The position numbers were made by a program, and so were the translations under genes. The notes beneath the pieces were generated by a model. It saw only the letters and a program-made list of their open reading frames with translations, searched no databases and was not told the origin of the DNA. Shown in pieces: positions 29,840-40,347 of a stretch of 64,000 nucleotides of DNA. Source of the DNA: Planctomycetota bacterium (GTDB lineage Bacteria > Planctomycetota > B15-G4 > JADJEK01); contig JBGAIQ010000020.1 of the NCBI GenBank assembly GCA_044225365.1, positions 38,741 through 102,740 on the forward strand, given 5' to 3'. Position 1 is the stretch's first letter, and each line of letters begins with the position of its first letter.

Positions 29840-30850
29840 ATGGACTTGGCGACGCTCTCTACCGCCGATCACGATCTGCTCGCGCGGGCGCTCGCCCGCG
29901 AGAAGCGATCGCTCGGGCGTTTGCTGAGCCGCGCGGAGCGCGATGGCGTCGAGTTCGCGGCGCTCCATACCTCGTTGTTCCCGAAGGTCGGCCAGGGCCT
30001 GCGAGTCGGTTTCACGGGCCCGCCGGGCGCCGGCAAGAGCACGCTCGTCGAACGCTATGCGATGCTCCGCCGCGAGCAGGGCGACAAGGTGGCGATCGTC
30101 GCCGTCGATCCGAGTTCGCCGTTCACGGGCGGCGCATTGCTCGGCGATCGCGTGCGCATGAATCGCATCGCGCTCGATCCGAACTGCTTCGTGCGATCGA
30201 TGGCGAGCCGGGGCAGCTTCGGCGGTCTCGCGCGCACGACGGACGAAGTGGCGGACTGCCTCGACGCCGCGGGATTCGATCGCATCGTGCTCGAAACGGT
30301 CGGAGTCGGACAGTCGGAGGTCGACGTCGCGAAGGCGGCCGACGTGACGCTCGTCGTGCTGGTGCCGGGCGCGGGCGACGCGGTGCAGGCGATGAAGGCG
30401 GGTCTCATGGAGATCGCCGACGTGTTCGTGGTGAACAAGGCCGATCGCCCGGGCGTCGAACGTGTGCTCGCCGAGCTCGAGGAAGTCCTCGAATTGCGAT
30501 CCGACGGCAAGCGGCCGGCGATCGTGCAGACGGTCGCGAGCAACGGCGAAGGCATCGCGCAACTGAACGCGGCGATCGAGGCGTTCGTCGTCGAGACCAA
30601 GACCACGGGTGAGTTCGAGCGGCGTCGCCGCCAGCATCTCGCCCAGAAGGTGCATCGCATCGTCGAGGAGACGCTGCGGGAGCGCTTGTTCCAAGGCAAG
30701 GGCCTGACGCGGCGCGTCGACGAAGCCCTCGCGGAGAAGGATCGTCGGTCGCCCTATGCGATCGCGAACGATCTCTTGCGCGAGGCGGGCGTCGAATCGA
30801 GCGGTGACGATTGGAAGCGGGCCCCGCGGGGTCCAAGAGGTGACTTGTGA
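29840..30850 (+). CDS. meaB: MeaB/ArgK GTPase chaperone of B12 acyl-CoA mutases
   Basis: GFTGPPGAGKST, AVDPSSPFTGGALLGDR, ETVGVGQSE, NKAD. Confidence 0.95.
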   Translation: MDLATLSTADHDLLARALAREKRSLGRLLSRAERDGVEFAALHTSLFPKVGQGLRVGFTGPPGAGKSTLVERYAMLRREQGDKVAIVAVDPSSPFTGGALLGDRVRMNRIALDPNCFVRSMASRGSFGGLARTTDEVADCLDAAGFDRIVLETVGVGQSEVDVAKAADVTLVVLVPGAGDAVQAMKAGLMEIADVFVVNKADRPGVERVLAELEEVLELRSDGKRPAIVQTVASNGEGIAQLNAAIEAFVVETKTTGEFERRRRQHLAQKVHRIVEETLRERLFQGKGLTRRVDEALAEKDRRSPYAIANDLLREAGVESSGDDWKRAPRGPRGDL

Positions 30851-32484
30851 ATCCGAAGATCTCGTCCGTGACGAGCGAAGGCCTGCATCAGCGCGAGATG
30901 GAGTACCGCTTCCGCACCCTTTCGGGGCGCGAGCTCAAGCCCTACTACACGCAGGACGACGTGAAGGACCACGACGCCGCGCGAGATCTCGGTGCGCCCG
31001 GCGACTATCCGTTCACGCGCGGGATCCACAAGACGATGTACCGCGGGCGCACCTGGACGATGCGCCAGTTCGCGGGCTTCGGCACCGCGAAGCAGACGAA
31101 CGAGCGCTTCAAGTACCTGCTCGCGAACGGCCAGACCGGACTGTCGGTCGCCTTCGACTTCCCGACGATCACGGGTCACGACAGCGACGATCCGATGTCC
31201 GAGGGCGAGGTGGGCCGCTGCGGCGTCGCGATCTCGTCGCTCGCCGACATGGAGACCTTGTTCGAGGGCATCCCGCTCGATCAGGTCTCGACGTCGATGA
31301 CGATCAACGGGCCCGCGGCCGTGCTGCTCGCGTTCTACCTCGCGGTCGCGAAGAAACAGGGCGTGACCTTCGACAAGCTGCGCGGCACGACGCAGAACGA
31401 CGTGCTGAAGGAGTACATGGCGCAGAAGAGCTGGTGCTTCCCGCCGCTGCCGTCGATGCGCGTCGTCGGCGACATCATGGAGTACTGCGCGACCGCGGTC
31501 CCGCAGTGGAATACGATCTCGATCTCCGGTTATCACATCCGCGAGGCCGGATCGACGGCGGTGCAGGAACTCGCGTACACGCTCGCGAACGGCTTCACCT
31601 ACGTGGAGCACGGGAAGGCGCGCGGCATCGACGTCGACTCGTTCGCGCCGCGACTCTCGTTCTTCTTCAACTCGCATCTCGACTTCTTCGAGGAGATCGC
31701 GAAGTTCCGCGCCGCTCGCCGCATCTGGGCGCGCCGCATGAAGGAACGCTACGGCGCGAAGAATCCGCGCTCGTGGATCCTGCGCTTCCACACGCAGACC
31801 GCCGGCGTATCGCTCACGGCGCAGCAGCCCGAGAACAACATCGTACGCACCGCGTTCGAGGCGCTCGCCGCGGTGCTCGGCGGCACACAGTCGCTGCACA
31901 CCAACTCGATGGACGAGACGCTCGCGCTGCCGACCGAGAAGTCGGTGAAGATCGCTCTTCGCACCCAGCAGATCCTCGCGCACGAGATCGGCGTCGCGAA
32001 CGTCGCCGATCCGCTCGGCGGGTCGTACTTCGTCGAGAAGCTGACCTCCGAGATGGAGAACGACGCCGAGGAGATCTTCCGCAAGATCGACGCGATGGGC
32101 GGTGTCATCGCGGGCATCGAGACGGGCTACTTCCAGCGCGAGATCGCGCGCTCCGCCTATCGTCTCTCGCAGGAGATGGACGACAAGCGCCGCATCATGG
32201 TCGGCGTCAACGAATTCGTCGATGCCGACGAAGAGGAGATGGAGATCCTCCGCATCGACCCCGCGATCGAGGTCGAGCAACGCGACCGCCTCCTCGCCAC
32301 CAAGGCGAAGCGCGATCCCAAGGTCGTGGCGGCGAAGCTCGCGCGCATCCAGGAGGCCGCCAAGTCCGGCGAGAACCTGATGCCGCATCTCGTCGACGCG
32401 GCGCTCGCGTACTGCACGCTCGGCGAGATGGTGAAGACGCTGCAGAAGGAGTTCGGGGACTACCACGAGCCCCCGATGTTCTGA
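30847..32484 (+). CDS. icmA: B12-dependent acyl-CoA mutase large subunit, isobutyryl-CoA mutase type
   Basis: [47 protein letters not shown]; no B12-binding domain. Confidence 0.85.
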   Translation: MNPKISSVTSEGLHQREMEYRFRTLSGRELKPYYTQDDVKDHDAARDLGAPGDYPFTRGIHKTMYRGRTWTMRQFAGFGTAKQTNERFKYLLANGQTGLSVAFDFPTITGHDSDDPMSEGEVGRCGVAISSLADMETLFEGIPLDQVSTSMTINGPAAVLLAFYLAVAKKQGVTFDKLRGTTQNDVLKEYMAQKSWCFPPLPSMRVVGDIMEYCATAVPQWNTISISGYHIREAGSTAVQELAYTLANGFTYVEHGKARGIDVDSFAPRLSFFFNSHLDFFEEIAKFRAARRIWARRMKERYGAKNPRSWILRFHTQTAGVSLTAQQPENNIVRTAFEALAAVLGGTQSLHTNSMDETLALPTEKSVKIALRTQQILAHEIGVANVADPLGGSYFVEKLTSEMENDAEEIFRKIDAMGGVIAGIETGYFQREIARSAYRLSQEMDDKRRIMVGVNEFVDADEEEMEILRIDPAIEVEQRDRLLATKAKRDPKVVAAKLARIQEAAKSGENLMPHLVDAALAYCTLGEMVKTLQKEFGDYHEPPMF

Positions 32485-32525
32485 GCGCGACGGGAGTGGG
32501 GGAACCATGCCCGTTCGGGCGCGGT

Positions 32526-32554
32526 TTGCCTCCCTCACGGATGTAGATTACCAT
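32526..32554 (+). promoter_or_regulatory. Sigma70-type promoter for the ECF gene (probably leaderless)
   Basis: TTGCCT (32526)-17 nt-TACCAT (32549), then 6 nt to ATG 32561. Confidence 0.55.
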
Positions 32555-32560
32555 TCGGGG

Positions 32561-33241
32561 ATGGCTCGATCGGACTCCACCTGCTGGTCCGTCGTCCTGC
32601 AGGCCGCCGCGGGGGACCCCGTGCAGCGCGAGGAATTCGCGCGGCGCTACGACCCGGTCATACGAGCGTACCTGGCAACGCGATGGCGCCTGCCGCGAGA
32701 CCACGCCGATGTCGCGGACGCATCGCAAGAAGTGTTCTTGCAGTGCTTTCGAGATCGCGGCGCATTGGAACGACTCGATCCGGATCGACCCGGCGGCCTG
32801 CGAGCCTTCCTCTACGGCGTGACGGCGAAAACAGCGAGCGAGCTCGAGCGAAAGGGCGCTCGTTGGCGGCGAAACACCTCGCGCGATCCGATCGATCCCG
32901 AACTGCACGCCGCGGCCGAACTCTCGAACTCGCGGGCATTCGACAAGGCGTGGGCGACCATGATCGCGAGGGAAGCGCGAGGGCTGCTGATCGAGCGGGC
33001 GAAGAACGGTACCGCCGTGTCTCGCCGTCGCCTCTATTGCCTGGAGCAGCGATACTTCAACGGAAAGTCGCCGCGCGAGATCGCACCCGAACTCGGGATC
33101 GATGCGCAGCGCGTCTCCGAACTCCTGTACGAGGGCAAGCTCGAGTATCGCGCCGCGCTGTTCGAGATCGTCGCGTCCTACTTCCCCAAAGCGTCGGAGC
33201 GCGAGATCGAGGACCGATGCCGTGAGATCGCCGGCCTGTGA
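32561..33241 (+). CDS. ECF-type RNA polymerase sigma factor (kinase-associated type)
   Basis: TCWSVV N-terminal motif, region 2 (RRYDPVIRAYL...SQEVFL...LRAFLYGV), region 4 HTH (EIAPELGI); adjacent kinase. Confidence 0.85.
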   Translation: MARSDSTCWSVVLQAAAGDPVQREEFARRYDPVIRAYLATRWRLPRDHADVADASQEVFLQCFRDRGALERLDPDRPGGLRAFLYGVTAKTASELERKGARWRRNTSRDPIDPELHAAAELSNSRAFDKAWATMIAREARGLLIERAKNGTAVSRRRLYCLEQRYFNGKSPREIAPELGIDAQRVSELLYEGKLEYRAALFEIVASYFPKASEREIEDRCREIAGL

Positions 33242-33302
33242 TTCGCGCGAGTTCCAGATTTCTCGACCAGGATTCGAGGCTCGTGACGGAGTTCTCGTTG
33301 CG

Positions 33303-36300
33303 ATGACCTCCGAATCGACACCGGATCGACCCGACTTCCTCGACAGCTTCCTCGAAGCCGCGTTCTCCGGCAACGAGCCGGTGAGCGTCGCGGGATCCGT
33401 CGATCTCACCGACGCCGGCGCGCAGGACGATGCGGATTCGGCCACGGAGGCCGATCCGGAACTCATCGCTCGCTATCCGGTCGCGGAACGGCTCGGTGCG
33501 GGGGGCGTCGGCATCATCTACCGAGCACACGATCGCGAACTTGGTCGAGACATCGCGATCAAGGTGCTGCGCCGCAAGTACTCGAGCGATCCCTCGGCGG
33601 TCGACCGCTTCCTCAACGAGGCGCGCGTCGCGAGTCGGCTCGAACACCCGGGCATCGTTCCGATCCACGAATCGGGCCGCCTCGAGGACGGAAGACCCTT
33701 CTTCACGATGAAGATCGTCGAGGGGAAGACGCTCGAGGCATTCCTGACCTCGCGTGAAGAGCGCGGCCTGATCGAGATCTTCGAGAAGGTGGCGCAGACC
33801 CTCGCGTTCGCACATTCACACGGTGTCGTGCACGGCGATCTGAAACCTCAGAACATCATGGTCGGCGCGTTCGGCGAGGTTCAGGTGATGGACTGGGGGT
33901 TCGCGCGAGAGATCGATACCGATCAGAGTGGCGAGCATCGCTCCCACATCTTCGGTACCCCGGCGTACATGGCCCCGGAACAAGCCGTGGGCGATGCGCG
34001 CAACATCACACCGCGAACCGATTGTTTCGGACTCGGGGCGATCCTCTGTGAGATCCTCACCGGGGCGCCGCCGTACCGCGGCGAGTCGCGCGCCGAGATC
34101 CTCCTGCGAGCCTCGAAGGGCTGGCTCGATGAAGCCATCGAACGCATCACGAAGTCGGAGTCGGACCTGACTCTCGTGGGTCTCGCGCTCGATTGCCTCG
34201 AACGCGACCCCGGGAAGCGACCCGCGGATGCGGCCGTCGTCGCGAAGACCGTCGGCGATCATCTGCGCTCACTCGCCGCCCGCGCTCGGGCATCCGAACT
34301 CGAGGCCGAGGCGGCGAGAGCCGCTGCGAACTATCACGAGCGAGTGCGCAAACAGACTCTGGTCGTGAGTCTCGTCGGCCTCGTCGTCATCGTTACGGCT
34401 CTCGGTATCTGGTTTCGCTCGAACAGTGCGTTCGAAGGACGCAGAATCCTCGCGGAGGCGTCCGTTGCGGCGGACCTCGAACGCGCGAAGGGGATCGTCG
34501 ATCAGGCGCGCTCGGATGGACCGCCCGATCGCGACGCCATCGATCACGCGATCGCCGCCGCGCGCGAGGCCGTGAGCCACGCGAGCGCGTCCGAGGTGCG
34601 GGCCTTCGTTCGATCCAACGCGAACGACCGGCTCGCGCAATTGGAGAGCGAACGAGCCATCGTGATCGCGAACGAGAAGACCGTGGAGCAATTGGAGTCG
34701 ATCCATCCGCACGGTCAGATCGAACAGTCCGTGGATCGTGAACGTACGTACTCGAAGATCTTCCGCGACATCGGCATCGAGGTCGACGGCGATCCAGACG
34801 CCGCGGCGACCGCATTGCGGGCGAGTGCGATCAAGGACGTGCTCGTCGACGCCCTCGACGAGTGGTCGTGGTTACGCGCGCACAATCACGAACCGTCGAG
34901 GGAGTGGAAGAACCCGCTCGCCGTCGCGCGCACGGTCGATGCCGACCCGTTTCGCCGCTCTGTTCGTGATGCCGTCGCAAATGGTGATCTCGAGACGGTC
35001 CAGCAGCTCGCCGCGAAGTTGGAGCGAGACCTGCCCGTTCGCTCGCTGTCCCTCCTCGCGCGGAGCCTTCGCGCTCTCGGAGCGCGCGATGCCGCGATCG
35101 AGGTCTATCGCTCGGCGAGCGGTAGCCATCCCGAGGACTACTGGATCCACCACGACCTTGCCAGCTTGTTGGTCAGCATCGGCGAGACGAACAAGCCCGG
35201 AAACAACCAGCCCGATCGCATCGAGGAAGTGATTCGTCACTATTCGATGGCGCTCGTCCTGCGGCCGAAGAACGCACACGCCCTCACCGATCTCGGAATG
35301 GCGCTGATGAGCGCGAAGCGGTTTCGCGAGGCGAACGAATACCTGGAGAAGGCGGTCGCGATCACTCCCGGCGAGGGTCGCATTCGAATGCTCCTCGGCT
35401 TCGCCGCCGACCGCTCGAAGGACGACGAGGCCGCCGCCCGCTGGTATCAGAGCGCGATCGATCTCGGTTTCGATCGCGCGTTCCTGCCGTACGTGAACTT
35501 CGCATTGGCGCGCGGCGAATTCGTGAAGATGCGTTCGATCTTGGATCGCTTGCGAACGACGGCGATCGGCTACCACCCGATGCTCGTCGACGCGGCGCAA
35601 CTATTCTTGAATCAAGGCGACTCCGCATCGGCCGAGCGTCTGCTCCGCCAGGCGTTGGCGGAGGATCCCGCGGATGTCCAAGCTTCACAGCTACTCGTTC
35701 GAATCGTGTTGATCGAAGCCCGTTTCGCCGACGCCGAAACCGAACTGGATCGCGCGGAGCGCCTCGCCGCGGCGGGCAAACGGGATTGGTCCGCGACGGA
35801 CCGGAGCATCCGAGCGAGCGTGAAAGCCCTGCGCGACGCATTCGAACGAATGCAGTCGACCAAGATCGCCGATCACGATCTCGATGTCGGCGACTGTCTC
35901 TTGTTCGGCCGACTCGCCTATGCGACGCACGACGATCGGCGCGCCGCGACGCTGTTCCAGCGCGCCATCGAATTGGAGCCGAGCCTCGAAGACAATCCGA
36001 CGACAGAGACGTATTACATCGCCATCCTGGCGTTCGCCCTCGCGAGTTCACGAGAACCGTCCGCGGAGCTTCGCGCGGAGACGGTGCAATTCGCACGGCT
36101 CGGCCGCGAATGGCTCGCGCGCTATCTCCGGATGCTCGCGGATGCTTCCGATCGGAAGCGGTTGAAGCCCGCGGAAGGACTTCTCCGTCTCGCCGCAATC
36201 GATGCTGACCCTTCGCTGACGGCGCTCCGTGACTCCGTGGGCGACGCCGCGGAATCCCCCGCGGTGATCTTCGAAGACCTGCGTCGAAAGCTCGTGCAGC

Positions 36301-36323
36301 GGCAGGCTGCGGAAACAAACTGA
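33303..36323 (+). CDS. Membrane Ser/Thr kinase with C-terminal TPR repeats
   Basis: LGAGGVG, AIK, HGDLKPQN, DWG, GTPAYMAPEQ; TM; TPR-like helices (ALTDLGMALM...A..YLEKAV..P). Confidence 0.9.
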   Translation: MTSESTPDRPDFLDSFLEAAFSGNEPVSVAGSVDLTDAGAQDDADSATEADPELIARYPVAERLGAGGVGIIYRAHDRELGRDIAIKVLRRKYSSDPSAVDRFLNEARVASRLEHPGIVPIHESGRLEDGRPFFTMKIVEGKTLEAFLTSREERGLIEIFEKVAQTLAFAHSHGVVHGDLKPQNIMVGAFGEVQVMDWGFAREIDTDQSGEHRSHIFGTPAYMAPEQAVGDARNITPRTDCFGLGAILCEILTGAPPYRGESRAEILLRASKGWLDEAIERITKSESDLTLVGLALDCLERDPGKRPADAAVVAKTVGDHLRSLAARARASELEAEAARAAANYHERVRKQTLVVSLVGLVVIVTALGIWFRSNSAFEGRRILAEASVAADLERAKGIVDQARSDGPPDRDAIDHAIAAAREAVSHASASEVRAFVRSNANDRLAQLESERAIVIANEKTVEQLESIHPHGQIEQSVDRERTYSKIFRDIGIEVDGDPDAAATALRASAIKDVLVDALDEWSWLRAHNHEPSREWKNPLAVARTVDADPFRRSVRDAVANGDLETVQQLAAKLERDLPVRSLSLLARSLRALGARDAAIEVYRSASGSHPEDYWIHHDLASLLVSIGETNKPGNNQPDRIEEVIRHYSMALVLRPKNAHALTDLGMALMSAKRFREANEYLEKAVAITPGEGRIRMLLGFAADRSKDDEAAARWYQSAIDLGFDRAFLPYVNFALARGEFVKMRSILDRLRTTAIGYHPMLVDAAQLFLNQGDSASAERLLRQALAEDPADVQASQLLVRIVLIEARFADAETELDRAERLAAAGKRDWSATDRSIRASVKALRDAFERMQSTKIADHDLDVGDCLLFGRLAYATHDDRRAATLFQRAIELEPSLEDNPTTETYYIAILAFALASSREPSAELRAETVQFARLGREWLARYLRMLADASDRKRLKPAEGLLRLAAIDADPSLTALRDSVGDAAESPAVIFEDLRRKLVQRQAAETN

Positions 36324-36475
36324 GACCCGATCCCACTTCGTTCGATTTTTTCGTTTTCCCGACCCAGGATCAGGCCCAGCGGACGGAGAAGGCGAAACGA
36401 AAGCGATCCTGGAATCGCTGATCGACGTGGTTCTCGGTCCCCCAACTCACTTCCCAGCCGAGGGTACATTTCACC

Positions 36476-38503
36476 ATGCTCCTACCGCTTTCTCGATTGC
36501 CCATCGTCGCGATCGCCTTCGTCGGCGCGGCGCTCCTCGATTCAACCGCTCGTGCCCAAAGCCTGATCCAAGTGAAGGGCCAGGTCATCGCGACGACCGG
36601 CGATTCCATTCCCGGGATCAGTGGCGCTACGTTCGGAGGAACGAGCACGTTCGACTTGCCGGTGCTGGACAACGCCGGGTTCCTGGTCTTCCGCGGCCGG
36701 TTCACGGGTGGCGGCGCGACTGCACTCAACGATCGCGCGATCTTCCGCGCGCGTTCACGTGCGGACCTGTCGATCGTGATCCGCGGCGGCGATCCCGCGC
36801 CGTCCCTGCCGACCACGACGCTGAACACGGCGTCGACCCAGGGTCTCGGCGGCTCGCCGCGACTCAGCCCGAACGGCAGCATCTTCTTCTCGAGCTCTCT
36901 CTCGGGCCCGTCGGTCATCACCTCGAACGACACGAGCACCTTCGGGGGTCCGATCGGCAGCTTGTCCGTGTTCGCACGCGAAGGCGATCCGGCGCCGGGA
37001 ACGGCGGGCGCCGTTCTCAGCTCGAGCCTGAGCAACCTCAGCTTCCAGCCGACGGGTTTCAACGCGAACGGTTACATCCTGTTCCAGAGCGCGACGGCGG
37101 GTGGCGACACGACGACGACGAACAACGCCGGGTGGTTCTCGGGCGATCCGACGAACCTCCAGCTCGTCCAGCGCAAGGGCGACGTGGTGCTCGGTGGTGC
37201 GGTCATCTCCGCGCTGGGGTTCGTCTCCCAGATGAACGAGAACAACCAGGTGCTGCACGACGAGACGCTCTCCACGACGCTCGGCACGACGCCCGCGACC
37301 GCTGCCAATGACAAGACGCTGTGGGTCTACACTCCAGGCGTCGGGAACTCGCTCCTCGTGCGCGAAGGTGATCCGGCTCCGTTTACGGCGGGTGGAACCT
37401 TCAACATTCCCGGCAACTCGTGGTTCATCAACACCGGATCGAACACCTTCAACAAGTACGGCCAGGCCGCCCTGATCTGCGACCTCATGAACGGGGACGC
37501 CGTCGCGGGCGTGAACGACAAGGCGATCTACCTGATGGATCCGGGGTCGAAGTCCATGATGGTCCGGCGTGGAGCGGCGGCCACCGGCACCGACGCCACC
37601 TTCGACGGATTCAACGTCTCGAGCCTCAGCCTCAACAACGAGCTCGAGATCGCGTTCGAGGGCATTTTGATCGGCGGCACGACGACGACCGCGAACGACA
37701 CGGGCATCTGGGCAGGACAAGCTGGCAATTTCCACCTCGTGATGCGCGAAGGCGATCTCGCGCCGGGCACTCCTGGCTGCACGTTCGACAACCAGAACGG
37801 TCTCCAGATGCAATTCAATGGTCGCGGTCAGGTGCTCTTCAACGCGAGTCTTCTCGGCGGCGACGTCGGAACGGCGCCGGGCGATCAGAGCGCCTTGTAC
37901 ATTTGGGACCCGGTCATCGGCCTCGAACTGGTACTCCGTGGCGGCGAGAACCTCGAAGTCCAGCCCGGCGTGTTCAAGCAGGTCGGCTCGTTCGGTGGAG
38001 TCCAGTTCAACAACGGCGATGCGAATCCGCTCGGCCTGAACGGCAATGGTGAGTTCGCGCTCCGAGTGAACATGTCCGATGGTTCGGGCGTGATCGTCCG
38101 CTGCCACGCAGGCACGCTCACGGGCTTCCCCGAGAACATCTCGACGGCGAGCGGCGGTACGCACGAGCTCTACCTCGATGCGGGCGCGAGCAACGCGGGC
38201 CTCAACTACCTCATCCTCGGATCCGTGACGGGCACGTCGCCCGGGTTCACGATCGGCTCGGTCACTTGTCCGCTCAACATCGACCCGTACACGAACATCA
38301 CGATCCTCAACGCCAACTCGCCGGTCTTCGTCAACTCGCAGGGCGTTCTCGACTCGGCCGGCCGAGCGCATGCGCAGGTGGTGATCCCGCCCGGCATCCC
38401 GGGCATCTCGGGAATCACCCTCTACCACGCCTTCCTGGGCTTCAACGGTTTCGGTGCCATCAAGTTTGCGAGCGAAGCATCGAGCCTGACACTCGATCCC
38501 TGA
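36476..38503 (+). CDS. Secreted beta-propeller-like protein with NxxGxxxF repeats and a C-terminal beta domain
   Basis: Signal peptide (STARA-Q); repeated REGDxAPGT and LN..G...F units. Confidence 0.8.
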   Translation: MLLPLSRLPIVAIAFVGAALLDSTARAQSLIQVKGQVIATTGDSIPGISGATFGGTSTFDLPVLDNAGFLVFRGRFTGGGATALNDRAIFRARSRADLSIVIRGGDPAPSLPTTTLNTASTQGLGGSPRLSPNGSIFFSSSLSGPSVITSNDTSTFGGPIGSLSVFAREGDPAPGTAGAVLSSSLSNLSFQPTGFNANGYILFQSATAGGDTTTTNNAGWFSGDPTNLQLVQRKGDVVLGGAVISALGFVSQMNENNQVLHDETLSTTLGTTPATAANDKTLWVYTPGVGNSLLVREGDPAPFTAGGTFNIPGNSWFINTGSNTFNKYGQAALICDLMNGDAVAGVNDKAIYLMDPGSKSMMVRRGAAATGTDATFDGFNVSSLSLNNELEIAFEGILIGGTTTTANDTGIWAGQAGNFHLVMREGDLAPGTPGCTFDNQNGLQMQFNGRGQVLFNASLLGGDVGTAPGDQSALYIWDPVIGLELVLRGGENLEVQPGVFKQVGSFGGVQFNNGDANPLGLNGNGEFALRVNMSDGSGVIVRCHAGTLTGFPENISTASGGTHELYLDAGASNAGLNYLILGSVTGTSPGFTIGSVTCPLNIDPYTNITILNANSPVFVNSQGVLDSAGRAHAQVVIPPGIPGISGITLYHAFLGFNGFGAIKFASEASSLTLDP

Positions 38504-38561
38504 TTCGATTCGCGCGCTTGGGTTGACTCTCAGCGCCGAATGCATGACCGATGACTCGCAG

Positions 38562-38600
38562 AGCCCGCTCCCACTCTCCTGGTGTGGGGGCGGGCTTTTT
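38562..38600 (+). terminator. Rho-independent terminator
   Basis: AGCCCGCTCCCAC...GTGGGGGCGGGCT followed by TTTT. Confidence 0.75.
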
Positions 38601-38718
38601 CTCATCCGGACACCGGGCACATCGATGCCTACCGGTGAGTGTCAAAGGTCGAGAAAAACCGGATCTTCGGGTCCAGTCCGCGACGGGACACGCCTTTCTC
38701 CGGGAAAGGAGTCTCGTC

Positions 38719-40347
38719 ATGAAGTCGAACATTCTTCTCGGCATCGGTCTTTCCTGCGTCCTCTCCGGTTTCGCGACGGCGCAGAATCTTTGTCTACCGC
38801 AGGTCTTCCCGGAGGGACTGCAACCCGCTGGATTGACGGCGAACGCTCGCTACGGCGCGTCGGTCGCCCTCTATGCGACCCGTGCCGTCGTGGGCGCGCC
38901 CGGCCAGAACGCGAACAAGGGTGCGATCTACGTTCACACGCTCTCGAACGGAGCCTTCGGTCCGGGGACCAAGCTCGAGGGCGGCGGCACGGTCAACGGC
39001 GACGAGTTCGGTGCGAGCGTCGGAACCGATGGCGACCTGATCGTGGTCGGTGCGCCGGGAGACGATGCCAAGGGCCCCGACGCGGGCGCGGTCTACGTGT
39101 TCCGGCAACAGACGATCAACGGTGTGCTCACCTGGACCCAGGCCGCGAAGCTGTTCTCGAAGAACGCGATCGGCGGCGCGCGCTTCGGCAGTTCCGTCGC
39201 CGTACAGAACAAGGTCGTGGTCGTCGGCGCGCCCTTCAACACGGTGTTGGTGTCGCATCAGGGCACGGTCCATGCGTTCGATCCCGATGCGCAGTATCTC
39301 GTCTGGACGGAGAGCCTGCTGGTCGCCGCCGATCCGCAGGTCGATGAACATCTCGGCGGGGCGGTCGCGGTCGACGGCAAGTTCGTCGTCGCCGGCGCGA
39401 AGGACTACGACGTCGCGAATCCGACGGTCCTCGACGTCGGTCGCATCTACGGGTTCTATCGCGAAGGAATCGGCGGGCCCTGGATCTCCAAGCCCGCATC
39501 GCCCTTCAACGGCACCACGGGCCGGCACTTCGGCGCCTCCATCGCGATCAAGAATGGCAAGGTCGCGGTGGGCGCTCCCGGCTGGATCAATCCAAGTGGC
39601 TACGCGTCCGGAGGCTGCTGGCTCCTCGGCATCAACGCGTCCAACCAGACGATGGGGATCGGCTACATCCAGACCTTCGCCACGCTCGCCGGGCTCGCGG
39701 GCCAGGAAACCGGAGCGGGCACGAGCGTCGGGATCAACTCGTTGCGTGTCTACATCGGCTCGCCCACGCAAGTGGAGGAGGAGGTCTACGACAGCTCGAC
39801 GTTCGCCTATCACACGACCGCGGTGATGCACGCGCCGTTCTACGACCTGAAGACCGGTACGCCCGAGGCGATCGGAACGTCGTTCGCCGCGAACGATTTC
39901 TTCTGCCTCGCGGGTCGTCCGGACCAAGGCGGCGGCGATCTCGGTCATGCGTTCCCGTTCTACCTCTGTGGTGGCGAGGCGCACGTCTCCGGCAACGGCA
40001 CGACCGGAAGCCAGGGCGAGCCGCGATTGCGCATCGAAGGGCCGTTCGTCTCCGGCTTTCAGAACGAGCTGCGCCTCGAGTACGGCAAGCCGAATTCGAT
40101 CGCCTTCCTCGCCGTCCACGCCGGAGCGCCGTCCCCGATCGCGTTCCACGGTGGCCTGCTCCAGGCGTTCCCGATCCACCTGCTCGTGAACATTCCGCTG
40201 AACGCGACCGGCGCGTTCGTTCTCCCCTCGACCTTTCCCGCGGGGCTGTCGAACCAGAAGTTCACGCTTCAGTGCCTCGTCTCCGACCCGCAGGGCCAAG
40301 GTGGCCTGTCGCTCTCGAACGCGGAACAGATGACGACCGCGATGTGA
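38719..40347 (+). CDS. Secreted FG-GAP repeat (integrin-alpha-like propeller) protein with C-terminal beta domain
   Basis: AGGAG RBS; signal peptide (FATA-Q); repeats FGxSV...VVGAP...GAVYVF. Confidence 0.85.
   Translation: MKSNILLGIGLSCVLSGFATAQNLCLPQVFPEGLQPAGLTANARYGASVALYATRAVVGAPGQNANKGAIYVHTLSNGAFGPGTKLEGGGTVNGDEFGASVGTDGDLIVVGAPGDDAKGPDAGAVYVFRQQTINGVLTWTQAAKLFSKNAIGGARFGSSVAVQNKVVVVGAPFNTVLVSHQGTVHAFDPDAQYLVWTESLLVAADPQVDEHLGGAVAVDGKFVVAGAKDYDVANPTVLDVGRIYGFYREGIGGPWISKPASPFNGTTGRHFGASIAIKNGKVAVGAPGWINPSGYASGGCWLLGINASNQTMGIGYIQTFATLAGLAGQETGAGTSVGINSLRVYIGSPTQVEEEVYDSSTFAYHTTAVMHAPFYDLKTGTPEAIGTSFAANDFFCLAGRPDQGGGDLGHAFPFYLCGGEAHVSGNGTTGSQGEPRLRIEGPFVSGFQNELRLEYGKPNSIAFLAVHAGAPSPIAFHGGLLQAFPIHLLVNIPLNATGAFVLPSTFPAGLSNQKFTLQCLVSDPQGQGGLSLSNAEQMTTAM

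Noticed and set aside
30847-32484. Truncated or pseudogenised methylmalonyl-CoA mutase
   Set aside because: 545 aa is the normal length of a split large subunit, and the B12-binding subunit is encoded at 43093-43515.
36324-38718. Shared ECF promoter (GGATC...GACGG) upstream of the 36476 and 38719 genes
   Set aside because: Spacing differs (10 versus 16 nt), which is inconsistent with a single sigma factor.
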